Below, piece after piece: positions 37,939 to 51,584 of a stretch of 64,000 nt of DNA. Location of the stretch: the NCBI GenBank assembly GCA_045837725.1, contig JBEWZL010000217.1, positions 1 through 64,000 of the forward strand, given 5' to 3'. Each line of letters opens with the position of its first letter. Within the stretch, counting starts at the first letter, position 1. The DNA comes from Vermamoeba vermiformis (taxonomy: Eukaryota). The notes below the pieces were generated by a model. The model was not told the origin of the DNA. It saw nothing but the letters and a program-made list of their open reading frames with translations, and did no database searches. The translations under genes were made by a program, and so were the position numbers.

Positions 37939-39750
37939 CTATTTTCTGAGTTTCTTTAAATATCGTTCAGGATTGTACCAAGGCACTACATCGTTCGGGG
38001 TGATCTTGCCGATGATCGTCTCAGCGATGACTTTGGCCACACCAAAGCAATTAGGCATGCCATTGCCCGTATAACCAGCCACAATAGTTTCTCCAGAAAG
38101 CACTGCTCGGTCTGTTTTAGCGAGTGGAGAAAGACATCCAACAAGAGGAAGCTCATCCGGCGTCCAGCCCATAATACCCGTCCATTCCTAAAAAATCTGA
38201 TTAAAATAACTCCTAATTGTTGAAAATAAATGCACGTTATATGAATGAAAGCCAAATGAAGCAATCGTTCTGCTTGATTTTCAGATTCGAATCGGATCTC
38301 TTTAGGCGAGTAAAAAATCAAAGATCGTACGATTTCATTACTTACGTAAGCTATTTCATATGGTTCGTCTTTAATTTTTGGGAATTCACTGACTAAGAAC
38401 TCTTTGAGTGCGTTGCTGATCTCCGGTACGAGCACAGAATCATCCACAATATACTTCTCTTTTTTCGTTGGCATTGGTGATTTCCATCGCATGCCTCCTA
38501 ATATGATACGACCATCACTTCCTGTAGGCAAAAATGACGTCAGAAAGAAGATCCAAAACTCAAAATTATTTGTACTGGCCAATTTAAGTCTTACAATGCT
38601 CAAAAATTTAAGTTTTTCGCGTATATTAATATAAATATTATTTACCTCGTTGAGTGGTGTATTCACGACCGTAATTGAGCTCCAAGTTTGAAGGGGTGCG
38701 AAAGTGTTGTAGCGGAGATGTTGCAATACATTGCCCTCGTACGGGATATATGACGTCTTTAAAATGAGGTAGTAGTTTAGCGCAGTATCCATTTGTAGCG
38801 TGAACGACGTGCACGGATCTGATAGTTTTTCCATCTTTTCGATCCGTTTTCAGGTTGAAAATGTTCGGATCAGCAGTATCTCGTAATACTTCTGTTATGG
38901 AAGTATGCGTTTGAATATTGACGCCGTTAATAATGATGGTTTTCGCCAAAGCTAAGGTGAACTTTGTCGGATTGAACTGCGATCCATGCCGTTCATAAAT
39001 TCCTTTAATGTACTTGTTAGAATTGGTTTTTTCTTCGAGTGCCGCTTTTTCTAGTAATTTAATATCATATTTGTTAGCATCAATTTCTTTTTCGACCCAA
39101 TACTGCCATTCTTTTGCTTCTCTTCGATCTTTCGTAGCTGAAACGGATCCATTTTCGATAAAGTCGCAGTCAATATTATTCGATCTTATAAATTCCTTCA
39201 TTAATTTTATCGTTTCTAATTGAAATTCATAGTTTTGTTGGCAAGCCTTTGCTTTCAAGCCAGAAACGTCTTCATCTGGCCAAAGAGCCCACATGTGTCC
39301 GCCGTTACGTCCAGTAGCACCTAATAGGATCGATCAGCAAATATATTACGTAATTATAGTGCCAGATAAGCATTTTTAAGTCTTAAAGTCGGGATCAGAG
39401 GGAAATTATAATATTTTTGTTCGAATAATCTAAAATTTGCTTGTATATGACGAATTAATATTATAAGATGCGTACCCGAGCAAATACTTCTGCTATCAAG
39501 TAAGACCACGTTTGTAATTCCATTTTTATAAAGCCAGTAAGCGGTAGAAATACCCGACATTCCACATCCTGTTCAAAAATTAATTTGAAGCTCCACAATA
39601 GCATTTATATCGATAATATAATATACCTATTATAGCTACGTCGTAAATATGACCATCAACAAAAGGAGAGCGGTAATCTTGAAGCTCAGCGCCATCCAAC
39701 CAAAATGATTTTGTTGGATTCGCTGCTGGGACTCTGGCTTGCGGCTCCAT
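37939..39750 (-). CDS. FAD-dependent oxidoreductase (DAO/glycine oxidase family)
   Basis: YDVAIIGCGMSG, GATGRNGGH, VVHATNGY, PVRGQCIAT, WTGIMGWTPDELPLVG, AGYTGNGM. Confidence 0.92.
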
Positions 39751-40038
39751 TAGAAAATATAACAAATAATTTTGTGGTTCGTATGGTATTGTTGTGCAGG
39801 TAAGCGTGCAGAAAATTTTGCTTTGTTTCATAATATTTTTTGCTGATTTTGGCAAACCCTGATTATTTTTAATAAATGCGCTACTCGCTATATTCTTATC
39901 ACTAATAAATTTCCGACATTATGAGGTATTAATGCTTCAGATTTCGCGGGATCCAAATCTAATAACGCTACAAAAGGTTGATCTGGGCTACTGTTTATTA
40001 AAATGCAATTCGTAGTGAATGAAGGCTATACTCTAGCA

Positions 40039-40968
40039 TTAAAGAATACCATGGAGGAAATTAGCTGCGTGAGCGGCGAATTCTTTTGGGTGATCCAGCG
40101 GGGTTAAGTGACCGGAGTTTGGAATCGTTACAACTGGCGTGGAATTGGTCGGGAAATACTTCAAGACGTGCCTGGTATGTTTCTTTGGCGGATTTAAGCT
40201 ATCTTCTTGTCCGGCAATGAAGAGAATCGGAGCTTGAATTTTCGTCAAAAGATCTCGAACGTCTTCTGGGTGTAGCAGCATGTGATCCACAACCGCAACC
40301 ATTTGATCGTGGCTATTGAAGTTTTGTAAGCACGTAACCATTCTAGATTTAAACGCAGGATTGGCCTTCATCGCTTTCGGTCCAAGCAGCGCTTTAATCG
40401 TCGCTTTTGCTAACCACTTGGCGCATCCGACAGTCTTCCAAATACTAACAACAACGCTGTTCTTGTTGCGTACAGCTGCTTTAGGCATTTTAAGTGGAGT
40501 ATTGCTGAGTACCTGAAGAATCAAAAGTTAATCCAGATCGTCAAAAATTTCAGCCGGAACTTCATGAGCATTTTAAGTGAGTAACGTATAGCTTACCAAG
40601 GCGGTTACTCTATTTGGATAATGAGTCGCGAAATGAATGCCAACTAATCCTCCCCAGGCACATCCGACGAAGATGCATTTCTTGAAGTGCAGTTGATCCA
40701 GTACTTCGCTGACTGATCTCGCGCAATCTCCGAAGTTGAGGGTTTTGGATGTAAAGCTGCTTTTGCCATGTCCAGGCGGATCTAATACCACCCTTGATAA
40801 ATGTCCGAAATTTTGATTTATAACGAGCTCATCTACTGCTTCTGAAAATAAAATATGATTGGTGAATAGACTAGGCCAAAATAACATGCAGCAATCCTCA
40901 TTTGAAGTCAGATCTACTGTGGCGTACAACGTTCCGATACTTGTTTCAATGAATCGTTCAGTAGTCAT
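40039..40968 (-). CDS. Alpha/beta-hydrolase fold protein with Ala at the nucleophile position
   Basis: LDPPGHGKS, FVGCAWGG, IAGQED, SGHLTPLDHP; one intron near 40513-40596. Confidence 0.88.
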
Positions 40969-41274
40969 CTTTTTCGCTTTCTTGAGTTAATTGCTTTGCT
41001 TTGTTTAGATAAAAGATCGTCAGTCTAAACTAATTTAGGTCCGTTAGAAATTTCGCAAAGATTTTGTCCCGTTACGAGTCAATGAGTCTCGAACGAGAAC
41101 TCCACTACAAAGTTGACTAGATTGACAGCTATATATAAACGATCATATTATCTCTAGAATATGGTAACTTACTTAGTACTTACAAGTAAAGAATCTTCCG
41201 AAAAAAGTTTTCTTTGTACTTGGATCCGGATCGGATGTGCAGTGAATCACCTCATATTTATGAAAGAGCAGTTG

Positions 41275-44200
41275 TTACACATGCATACAGAAGGTCAAGG
41301 CAATCACGAGTGAAAGCAAGAGTGATTGACCAAAGACGGATGTTGCCAAGGAAACTTTCGTGCTGACTGGTGGTTTAGCGACCGGTGCCTTTGCATAATT
41401 ATAAGAAATTTGCATATACTAATATATCTTCTATTACTTACTGTTGCAACGGGTGCTTCAGCTTGAGGGACATCAGCAATTGGTGGTGAGATCGGCACCG
41501 CGACTGGCGCAGGCAAAGTCCAAGCAGTGACAGCAGTCTCGTACAAATCAGCCAAGGCTTGTTTACCGCTCGTCGTGGATAAGCCACCGCTTGTAAACCA
41601 ATCGTAGTAGTACGCGTGGTACTGGCCTGGCATGAATCTGAACTCACGTGGCAGCTGTGACGTCGTACCGCTGTACATTTCGTGGTGCGTAAATCGGTAC
41701 CCTATAATCGTAGTGTTAATAGTTAAATCTTTAAAATATTAAATGAACTCTGATATGACTTACAAGCGGAAGTGGTTGGAGGTTGAGGCGGATTGATCAA
41801 ATCAAACTGAATAGAATACGCAACAAAGTCTGCCCAGTCTTCAACATTGCCACCCCCGAACGAACTCGTGTCCATCTATTCGTAGAAATTGTATTATTAT
41901 TTTAATATATTTTTTGAATTCGTAGAAAAGGCCATTGTAGCGAACGGTTACTTGACTTACAGTAACTCCAGGAAAACCACCATATGTAAACACTCTGCCG
42001 ACATTGTTCTCGACAAATTTGGACACAAACAACGAACAAGAACTGCCGCAAGTACCGTCGGTTATAATGATCGGATCTGCTGGGAAATGAGTGACATTAA
42101 TGCTGTCCATGACGTCTAAACAGTCAGAAGGGAAGTAGAATCGTTGCGACAATGATGTCTGTTGACCACCACGTGTTACTGTGCGCGAATTGTACCATGA
42201 TTCATCTGTATACTCTCTTCCAGTGCTAACCCTAATATAAAGAAATTCGTCAGATGTTGCATAAGAAATCAATGTTTCAACGTGATTTTCCATATTTGGT
42301 AAATTCACAAATTTATCGCCGATTTTAACTTACTTGATGTAATCAAGCCCACTCAAGACTCCTCCCTTCGCAATAAAGCAGGTCAGTAACGTGACTTAAA
42401 GTAATGATAATTTAGTCTTATTGTATTCGTACCGATACGAGATCAGAATTAGACTCCGTTCTTCGGAGATCATACAGCTCATAGTTGTTCACACCACGGA
42501 ATGTTGCGCTGAAAATTGTTGTCGATTGGTACGCTAAACAAATTTTTCCACCACTAAAGAATTGAAGTTAGGAAACGACATCCGAAAAAGGAAATTTTGA
42601 ATGAGTGATTTGCACGTACCCGTTGCCAGAGACATCAACAATGATACGATCGATCTGATTGGTTGACACGTGATTCGAAAATTTAGTCAAAATAGCAGTA
42701 AAGTTGTCGCGGTCATAAGGTGAAAAAGATTCGATGCGCAAGTAAGGCACTTGCTCGCCGTCAGCAGTGGTGTACATGCCCCACCAAATTGCATCGTCGT
42801 CGGATCTATCGAACACTTTGATGTTTGCAGGAACACCTGTCTTGACGCTCAAAATGTACTGTTCGGCGGCTTGCAGATCCGAGCGTTTTTGAACGGCCTG
42901 AAAAATATTAAGACATTAGACTAACATAATAAAAAACGAATATTCGCTATGATGATCATAATTTCTAATAAAAAAATATACGAGTAAGTTCGATGCGAAT
43001 CTGCGATCATTAATCTTCATTGAAGCTATTTTAAAAGAAATGTACCTGAGTATTCAAAGATGCATAATCAAATCGTTTTCTATTGTTCTCATTGTTAGCA
43101 TTAGCAGGCTTGAGCCAGGTCAAGTCGGCTTTGCGTTCACGATGAATGTCGGGCTGATCACCCGTGGGACCAGATCTCTTCTTGGATATAGGCTAAAACA
43201 AAAACGTTAGCCAATTTTTAAATTAATTAAAAAATTATCTATCGTTACCAAATAAAATAAAAAAATTAGGAAGTAATTTTGAGAACGCATCCGACCTTAA
43301 CAGATGCGTCTTAAACTCCTGTTCCACATAAATATTTTTCCGTACCGTATCAATTTTAGTAATAGCATCCTCAGTTGAAGTAACACCGCCGTTGAAGATT
43401 GCCATGTACGGCGCCTCTACATCCGTTCCGTTGATGGTCATTACAGCGGAATCGGCCAAGTCATAAATGGAGAAGTAAGCGCAGTCGAATATATTGAACG
43501 AGCCATACAGTTGAATAGCACCGTTGAAACGAATTGGTTGGTCTTTGTATGTTCCAACGAACTTGTCGACGAATTGCTACAAAAATTTTTAATTAATTAA
43601 TTAAAATCGCGGAGATACTAATAGATCGCCTAAAAGTTAAGCTAATGCACTAAATAGTCATATTTTGGCATTCTTTACCTGGAACCACTCAAGGATTGGA
43701 ATTCCATCAATGGCAGTTAGCTCATAACCGTAATAAGGAGTTGGATCGAAGTTAAACAAGCTGATCAACTTGGCTGTATCGGCAAAGTCTGCGTAATATT
43801 AATCAATAGCAATGAATTCGTACATGAAAGGCCGAATTAAGTAGCAGATCCGGTCTAACTTACAGGATTCCGATACGTAGAACTTAAGAAGGCCATTGTC
43901 ATTAACTATCTGAATTCCAAACGGCCTAACGACAATAACGCTTGAATAGGGTGCAGGAAATGCGTACAACGTATGAGCGTCGTTTAATTTGCCGAACAAA
44001 TTGGCCAAATCTGGTCATAAGTTGTTTAGGTTAATTATCTCGGCGGAGATTATCCGACAACAGTTATCGGGTCCTTAATTTTTAAGTTATCGGGACAAAG
44101 TGTTAAGACTTACCGGCATGGAACGCGTAATCGCCGAGATATTCCTTATTAGTGATTTCTTCCAAGCCCGCGTCCAAATCAACCTAAATACAATCAGAAA

Positions 44201-44743
44201 ATCGAATCGAAGTATTCAGAACCTCTTATTGCTTGTAATCCTTGGTGACTTTGAAAAAAAAAAGAGATTACGAGACTTGATCAAATCCAAAAAAAAGTTT
44301 TTCATTCATCCGCTGCGGATTACTGGTAAAACTCTGATCGAGTACGTACTTGCATGTTCCAAGGAGCACTTGAATTCTTTACGATGTCGGTGAAAGCGTA
44401 GAGATCAACCAATTGGCGAAGACGAGAGAGTGTGTCGGATTGACGTTGAGAGGAGAAAGGTATGTTGTCCCAGCACTGCTTGATTCTAAACATTACATTA
44501 ATGGTTTGATCTGTTTTTAAGAGCGGTTAAATTAAAGTTAAAAAACAAATCTGGCTTTTTAAACTTTGTTGCCAACGAGGCAAAAATCAATATGATTAAT
44601 AATCGTGCAACTTACGGGGACAAACCTCCATACCACTCGGTATTGCCAGAGTCAGGAACCAAAATACAAGGATCTACAGCAAAGACTCGGCCAAAATTGC
44701 AAACCGCAAACACAAGCGCCGCGATTATGATTACTGCCTTCAT
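41275..44743 (-). CDS. Secreted peptidase S41-like protein, probable GPI anchor (multi-exon)
   Basis: Signal peptide; LNDAHTLY; IIVDVSGNGGG; ITDGTCGSSCSLF; YGGFPG; Pro-rich linker and hydrophobic tail. Confidence 0.8.
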
Positions 44744-45307
44744 TCTTCTGTATTAGATATGAACGGCAGTGGTGTTACTTGATCGCGATCTTAAAATACA
44801 AATGTTACGGCGTTTATCTCCGGCCTGATAGGTTATTTCCATAATTGGCAATGGGAATTAATTAATTTGCGCAGTTAACGTGTATTTACCAGCTGTACTT
44901 GCTTATTGTCAGGGAAACCATGGCACTAGTATAGGTATGTCCTCGGTTTACCCAATAATACGCGGCATCAGATCCAAAACTGGAAGTCCGAGTTCCCGAC
45001 CACCTGCTCATCATGAGCGCTTAAGCTTTTGAAAATAGACGTTGTAATCGAGGTAGACATACCGTGGTACGAAAGGGAAATTAACCCAAATTCTGCAACG
45101 GCCAAATAGCTTCGCGTTCCTAAAATCCGTTCTGTACGTGATAATTAGTACGATAAAATTCCTAAAAAGGGAAATCATCTTAGTATACTAGTACATATCT
45201 ATTACTATATCAATAATAATATACTACAAGCGGACACCGTTCTATTACAATTTGCAGCAATTTTAACGGTTTGAAATAATTTAAGCAAAAAAATCGTTCA
45301 ACTGACC

Positions 45308-47147
45308 TGAGTATTCAGAGTATTATAATCAAATCTCTTCGTATTATAATGGCTATCATCATTATCATTATTCGTTGGTTTGAGCCAGCTCAATTGTTCC
45401 ATTCGTTCGCGGTGGATGTCGGGTTGTGAAGGCAACAACTCCTTGGCGTTAGCAAATCTCTTTTTGCTAGTCAAAGGCTATAATAAATGAATATCGATTA
45501 GCGTATATATTAATATTGACGATAATTAGCAAAATGAATTTTTTGCAAGTTAGTCTAAGATTCGGATCCAACTAAAACCTCGCTATTACTGTATTACTAT
45601 ATACGTACGGTATCAACCAAACTCATAACGTAGCTAGTCGAATTGACTCCTCCTTGTCCCAATACTGCGAGATAAGGCACCTCCACATCGGTGCCGTTGA
45701 CAGTCATCGACCAAGAGTCAGCCAAGTCCATTACCGAGAGAAAAGCGCCGTTGTATAGAGTGAAAGTTCCGTACTGTTGAATGGCTGCATTGAAACGAAC
45801 TGACGGATCTTTATAGAGCCCAACGTGCTTGTCGGTAAAGTTCTAAACGGATCGATTAGCGTCATTAAAATGATAAATTTAGGATCATAAATTGCAATAT
45901 AATTGAAATTAATCAAGAAGTGCGGTGATTGACCGCTTTTTGGTTAAATTTGTGTAATTCTTTATCCGTCAGCGTTTTGTTTATAGTTCCGCTGAGGCTA
46001 ATTTTAGAAATTGAAAAATAGCTAAATTTGCTTTGAATTATTCGAATATGATAGTTAATTATTTACCTTGAACCATTGATTGATAGGCGTTCCATCAATA
46101 GCGGTCAATTCTCTGCCATAATACGCAGCAGAATCGAAGCCAGTTAAAATCTTAAAGGAAACTCTTGATATGACTAATATATTAATGAGCGTTAGTCATA
46201 AAATTGCGGCAAGGAGATCACGTACGAGAAGCTGGTGCCAAGTAACACTTCAAAATTCCGTTGTCGTTTACGACTTGAAGACTGAACGGTCTAACGACCA
46301 CGGCGTTAGAATAGGGACTAGGGAATGTGTACAATGTATGAGCGTCGTTTAGTTCGCTAAACAAGCTTGCCAAATCTGTTTTTTTAGCAAGATCCATGTT
46401 AGACGTGGACGGAGATATTTTCCAAAAAAGAAATGATTGGTCAGGTTTAAGCCTACTTACCAGCGTGAAAATCATAGTCGTTGGCATAAGCTTTTACGGC
46501 AATGGCTGATAACCCGGCATCCAGATCGACCTAAATTGAAACAATTATTTTCTGGGTTTAATAAAGTCGAATTATTATAACTGTAGGTTTTTGCTTTACG
46601 CTTGATCACGATCAAAAGAATCGGTTCAGAGTTCGCGCTAGATCCCGCGACTGTTTTTTTCGAAATCTGGAACGTGCCGACTAATTATTCATTTACGCCT
46701 TATATGCTTGCCTGCATGTTCCAAGGAGCACCCGAATCTTTGGAGATGTCAGTGAATGCATATAAATCAACCAGCTGCCGTAAACGGGTGATCGTGTCGG
46801 CAACTCTGCTGGCCGAGAAAGGCGTGTTTCGGAAGCAATTCTTGATTCTATTACATTTATATAAATTAGCAATGATTTACAATTAGATTAATTAATCAGG
46901 GTTGGCCGTAATGAAATATGAAAATATAACTCTAATGCGCAACTTAATTTTCTCTCCGTGTTCATTCATTTTCATTATTAGAGTTATTTTTTCAATCATA
47001 ACAATGTAAATATTAATTAACTTACGTAGTTACATTTCCGTACCAATTTCCAGTGCCTTGTCGCGGAGGTAGAACGCACGGATCAGCTGCCGACAGAGCG
47101 TGCAAGTAGCAGGCCAGAAGAAGCACAAAAAGGAATGCCAGCTTCAT
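45308..47147 (-). pseudogene. 3'-truncated paralog of the S41-like peptidase (N-terminal half only)
   Basis: Exons match 43045-44743 one for one (e.g. LNDAHTLYTFPSPYS); no recognisable catalytic exons before the next gene starts. Confidence 0.6.
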
Positions 47148-47459
47148 TAAGTTAATGTGCTTGTGATCGTACTTCGAACGTTAATAATAGGAAAGACCTA
47201 AACAGAAACACAAAAAATCGTGCACATCCGGTATTGAAATCTCCGACGAAGTGCAGAACAAAAGGATCGGCTTATTCCGCTTGTGCTGAATTAATTTACG
47301 TCGCAGATTCAGGACGATCGTCAAAAATTTGCGATTCTTAAACAAATTATTTGAGCAAATATTTTTTAATATTATTAATCCTGAAAGCCAAAGCATTTAA
47401 TAATATTATTAAATTGCTGAATATTTATTAATAATAATCGAGAAGGAATTTCGGAAGGT

Positions 47460-47637
47460 TGGATGCACACCTTGAAAATAATTGTAATTCATAATTTAAC
47501 CTTAGTGATATAATTACCTGCGTTTTTGTTTGCAATTTATTTTCTCATCTAAAGCTACAATAATAAATTTTGTATGGAGCATTGTGTTACGCTGAAATTT
47601 GTTTTCCTGCTTCTGACGCGAAATGCAAATGGTAAAC
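47460..47637. repeat. About 175-bp segment duplicated at 51462-51637 (same orientation)
   Basis: Shared blocks tttaaccttagt.atataattacct, gctacaataataaa, gagcattgtgttacgctgaaatttgttt.cctgcttctgac. Confidence 0.85.
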
Positions 47638-47684
47638 AATTTATTAATGCTAATTGACCTAACAAAGAGAACACAACTGCTAAA

Positions 47685-48873
47685 ATGTGGAGCACCATAG
47701 AAGATACCGTAATTACGGCGCTGAGTACGAGCATCGCTAAAATTGCTAATTTTGCTACAGGTGATCTTCGAAACAGAAATTCAAGACCATAATTACGTGA
47801 TTTTTCCCGAGTTACCAATGAGATTCAGAGACTATTTAAAGCTTGTAGGGTAAGCCCTATTTAACTGGAATAATTAATTTAATTTATTAATAATTCAACA
47901 GAATTCGAGAGCCCTTAGCGCACCCCTCGATAGACAAATATACAATTAATATAGCCGCAAGAGCTTCATATAATCCTTTTGGATTGAAAAAGAAGGGAAA
48001 GAAAAAGAAACAATTTTTCGGCATAATGCGATCCCGCACTTCTTTCTCAACCGAAGTCAGAGCTCACCAGCGATTAGATCAGTATAAATGCCCTTACATT
48101 ATTAAGCTGTACGAACATATCAAGCTGTCGGAGGAAGCGGGGCTTTTAGTGACTCCATTTTGCAACTTGTTTGATTTTAATATTCTGCGGCCGTTTGCAA
48201 AACTCATAACTTATCAATTATTACAGGTAATTAGCTTTACTAATGTATTTAAGACACTTTACATATATCGGGATAGGCGCTCAAAGTTTGTCACGATAAC
48301 AAAGTAGTTCATCGCGACATTAAGCCAGACAACATAGTATGGAAATGGGACGATGATAAGCCTCACATCTACTTGACAGACTTTGGGATCTCGTTAGATT
48401 TGGAATACAGGGGTTATGATGCAGGAATTTTAGGTGGTACTCCTTGTTACATGGCACCTGAAATTTTTTTCATGTATGCTGCAAATGATTTCAAGCCAAG
48501 TGATGTTTGGGGTACTGGTCTGATCTTGGCTGAAATGGTGGGTTTTTTGGAAATTGATCATTCTAATTATTCTGATTAGCTTCTTAACAAACCACGTATG
48601 CTTGAAGAGGATCGAAAATTGAAAAAGTGGAAGAAACACAAAGAAGAATGGCTCCAAGATGATCCAAAAGCATTCAATCTGTTAACGAAAATGCTCACAG
48701 AAGAACCAAGTGAAAGAATACTAGTTGACGATGCATTGGCTCATTCATACTTTGATGAGGTGAGAGAAAAAGCACAACAGAGTGATAAGAAGAGAAAATA
48801 TGATTGTATTGATGAAGCGTCTGTCAATTCACCTTATTGTCAGCAAAAAAAGATCAAAACAAATAAACAGTAA
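47685..48873 (+). CDS. Ser/Thr protein kinase with divergent N-lobe (multi-exon)
   Basis: VVHRDIKPDN, LTDFG, GGTPCYMAPE, DVWGTG, ALAHSYF. Confidence 0.85.
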
Positions 48874-48999
48874 GAGATTATATACACAAAACAACACCAT
48901 TTAAGCAGCGATGCGAATATCTTAACGCTTGCTGTACTGATTTGATTTCCTTCCCTTACTATATTGAGCTGTTTTCAAAGTATGAGGAAGAAATGCGAT

Positions 49000-51296
49000 G
49001 GTATTTATAAAATAATTCGAACGCAAATGCAAACTCTATCCATTATGGATAGTAATACACAACCAACAGGACTGCAAGGATGTCATATTAAGTGGTGTAT
49101 TTGTAAGCTCTTCTGAGAACAACAAGATCCGACCAGTCACAGATCTGACGTTAAAAAATAAAATTAGAAATATAATTAACCTAATTAGTTTTGGATCCAG
49201 TACCTGTAGGCATAAAATTTAAATACGCGATCCGATGTCTCTTCGAATGGTTCGTGATATCTTCTGCTATAATGTCTCTGATATAAGACCTTTTCTTTTT
49301 CAGCCTGACAAATCACGTGATTGATTTTTGTGCCGGGTCTGTGCCACGTGCCCCAATAATTCGTCATTTCTTCTGCCATATATACCATCTTATAGTGCGT
49401 AAACGTTTTAGATGAGCATTTGATAATAAACCTGTTATTTTCCATAAAGTCTAAGTTTCCAACGGCATTTAATTGTGAAAATTTGTCCGATCCGGCCGGA
49501 TTCCTAATTAGGAAATTGATGAGTATTATGGCGTATCGGGTATACGAATTTATTACCAATCGACAACATTTTCTGCTAAATTGTATTTTTTCCCTGGCTG
49601 AATAACGTCAATAATTGCGTTGACCGATTGAAGTAATTTTGGATCGGATCTAATTGCTCGTAGTTCATTTTCAGAAAATTGTGCCCCATTCATTAATAAC
49701 CACTCGATTAATATAGTGCTATCATTCTTATTATAATCGAAGCAAGCAAGGCCAAGTATCGTCTCGATCCACGAATATTTTTCACGCCTAAAAAAAGGCG
49801 ACAACTTTCCATTAATATCTAAATAACATATTTAACTATTAATATCAAATTATAATCACATCAATTCTTTTCTTACCAATTTTTTTCTCAAATAGCAAAT
49901 CGTAAAAATTAGAACGCAAATGCAAATTCATCTTGCCGCACGCTACAGCCGGAAAATATCCCGCATTTGGATCTAACAGCACCACGCGCGAAATTCTTTC
50001 AAAAGATTCATAGTCGCAATTATAACATGCTAGATCTAATGGCGTAATCTATAAAACAAAAAAATAAATTTCGGGCTTGGGTACTGGATCCAGTTCGAAC
50101 TTACACAGAATGACTTGATGACATCGATTTGGTCTATATTATTATCAACGTGCATGGTGCTCGTTAAATCAAACGGAAATTTGTGATAATGCTCCAATAG
50201 ACCAAAAATAATTTTGTACGGCTCATTTGCCTACAAAATTTTAACATTAGAGAAGCCTATTTTACAAATAAATTTGATAGTAGATAGACTTTGAGGCACT
50301 TACCAAATAAGGAAAGTGGTTTTTTCCGCCAACGACATCAGGTGTCAATAACAATCGTATGACAAGTGGACTATATTTAGCCATAAAGTTCATGAATACG
50401 GGGAATAAATGCATTGATATGAATCTGTTGTATTGATGTGGAACCGTTAATAATTCTTGGAAAGCGAGTAATATGTGCCAAATAAAGCTTTGAAACTTGG
50501 TCTCGCTCATTATAGCCCATCTGTCGTTCGGATCCTTAAACTCCTCTTCAACGACCTATAATTAAATTATTATTAGAGGGTCTATATTTAATTAATTTTA
50601 ATTTACCTGAATAAAATATTGCAGGATCTCGTCGGCATCAAATTGAATAATTGAAGCCAATTCGTGCCTAGCCTTTCGTCTGCCAAAATCATCGTTCAAA
50701 AAATTCTCAAGCACACAAAAACGAAGTAGTTTCGTAGTATCGACTTTGAAATTGAAATAAGAAGCCATTAAATTTGGATCGTTGAAGCTGTAAGCCCTCT
50801 AAACCAGTTTTTAAGCTTTGATAGCATTATTTTCGCTAACATACGAGTTTCAGAGTTTGAGGATACCATTTTAATAATTCTTCTACGACTTTGTGGGTTG
50901 GCAGAGACCGGTCAGCTTTGTATCTGAAAAAAAAATTAATTTCGCTTGTTTGACGGAGAATGAATCCTTCACGCAATAATAACTAGTAGTGCATTAGTCA
51001 AATTAGTCAAATTATTTAAATTAATTTTCTTACACTGCGAACGTATTTTGAAATGCTCTGTTTTCTGCTCTTTGATCAGCTTGTCTGTACAAATGTTTGC
51101 ATACGGCTCGTATATTGCAAAAAATATTTAAAGTACAATAGCTGAATATGATTGAATTCACTTCGTCTGGAAGAGTCAACCAAAGGGCATCCGTTTGGTC
51201 TTCATGGTTGTTGTAATTAATCCGATTCCATCTCTGTATAGTAGGACTAAATGGTTTAAATTTGATATAATTGAACTCTGTGTTTGTATTTAACAT
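49000..51296 (-). CDS. F-box protein with ankyrin-like segments (multi-exon; 3' end approximate)
   Basis: F-box LWLTLPDEVNSIIFSY...RAVCKHL; ankyrin-like ITPLDLAC and ETILGLAC...IEWLLMNGA. Confidence 0.6.
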
Positions 51297-51584
51297 TTTA
51301 GCGATTATCAGGAGAACAAAATCATTTTTGCCTTGACAAGATCGGGTTCGGAATCAAACTGAAGACCCGGTAGACTATAATTGACGAATATCTCGCCGTT
51401 AGTTGAATTTCAGTACCGTTAGAGTCGATCATCTTATCCGTAGTGATTTGGGACGGACGGGTGGATGCACCGCCTCGAATTTGCTTTGGCCATCATTTAA
51501 CCTTAGTAATATAATTACCTTCGTTTTTGTATGCAATTTATTTATAATCAGCTACAATAATAAAAAATTGTGGAGAGCATTGTG

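Noticed and set aside
44960-45020. Possible C/D box snoRNA on the minus strand (ATGATGA...CTGA)
   Set aside because: Very short, weak terminal stem, and no guide target can be verified from this window.
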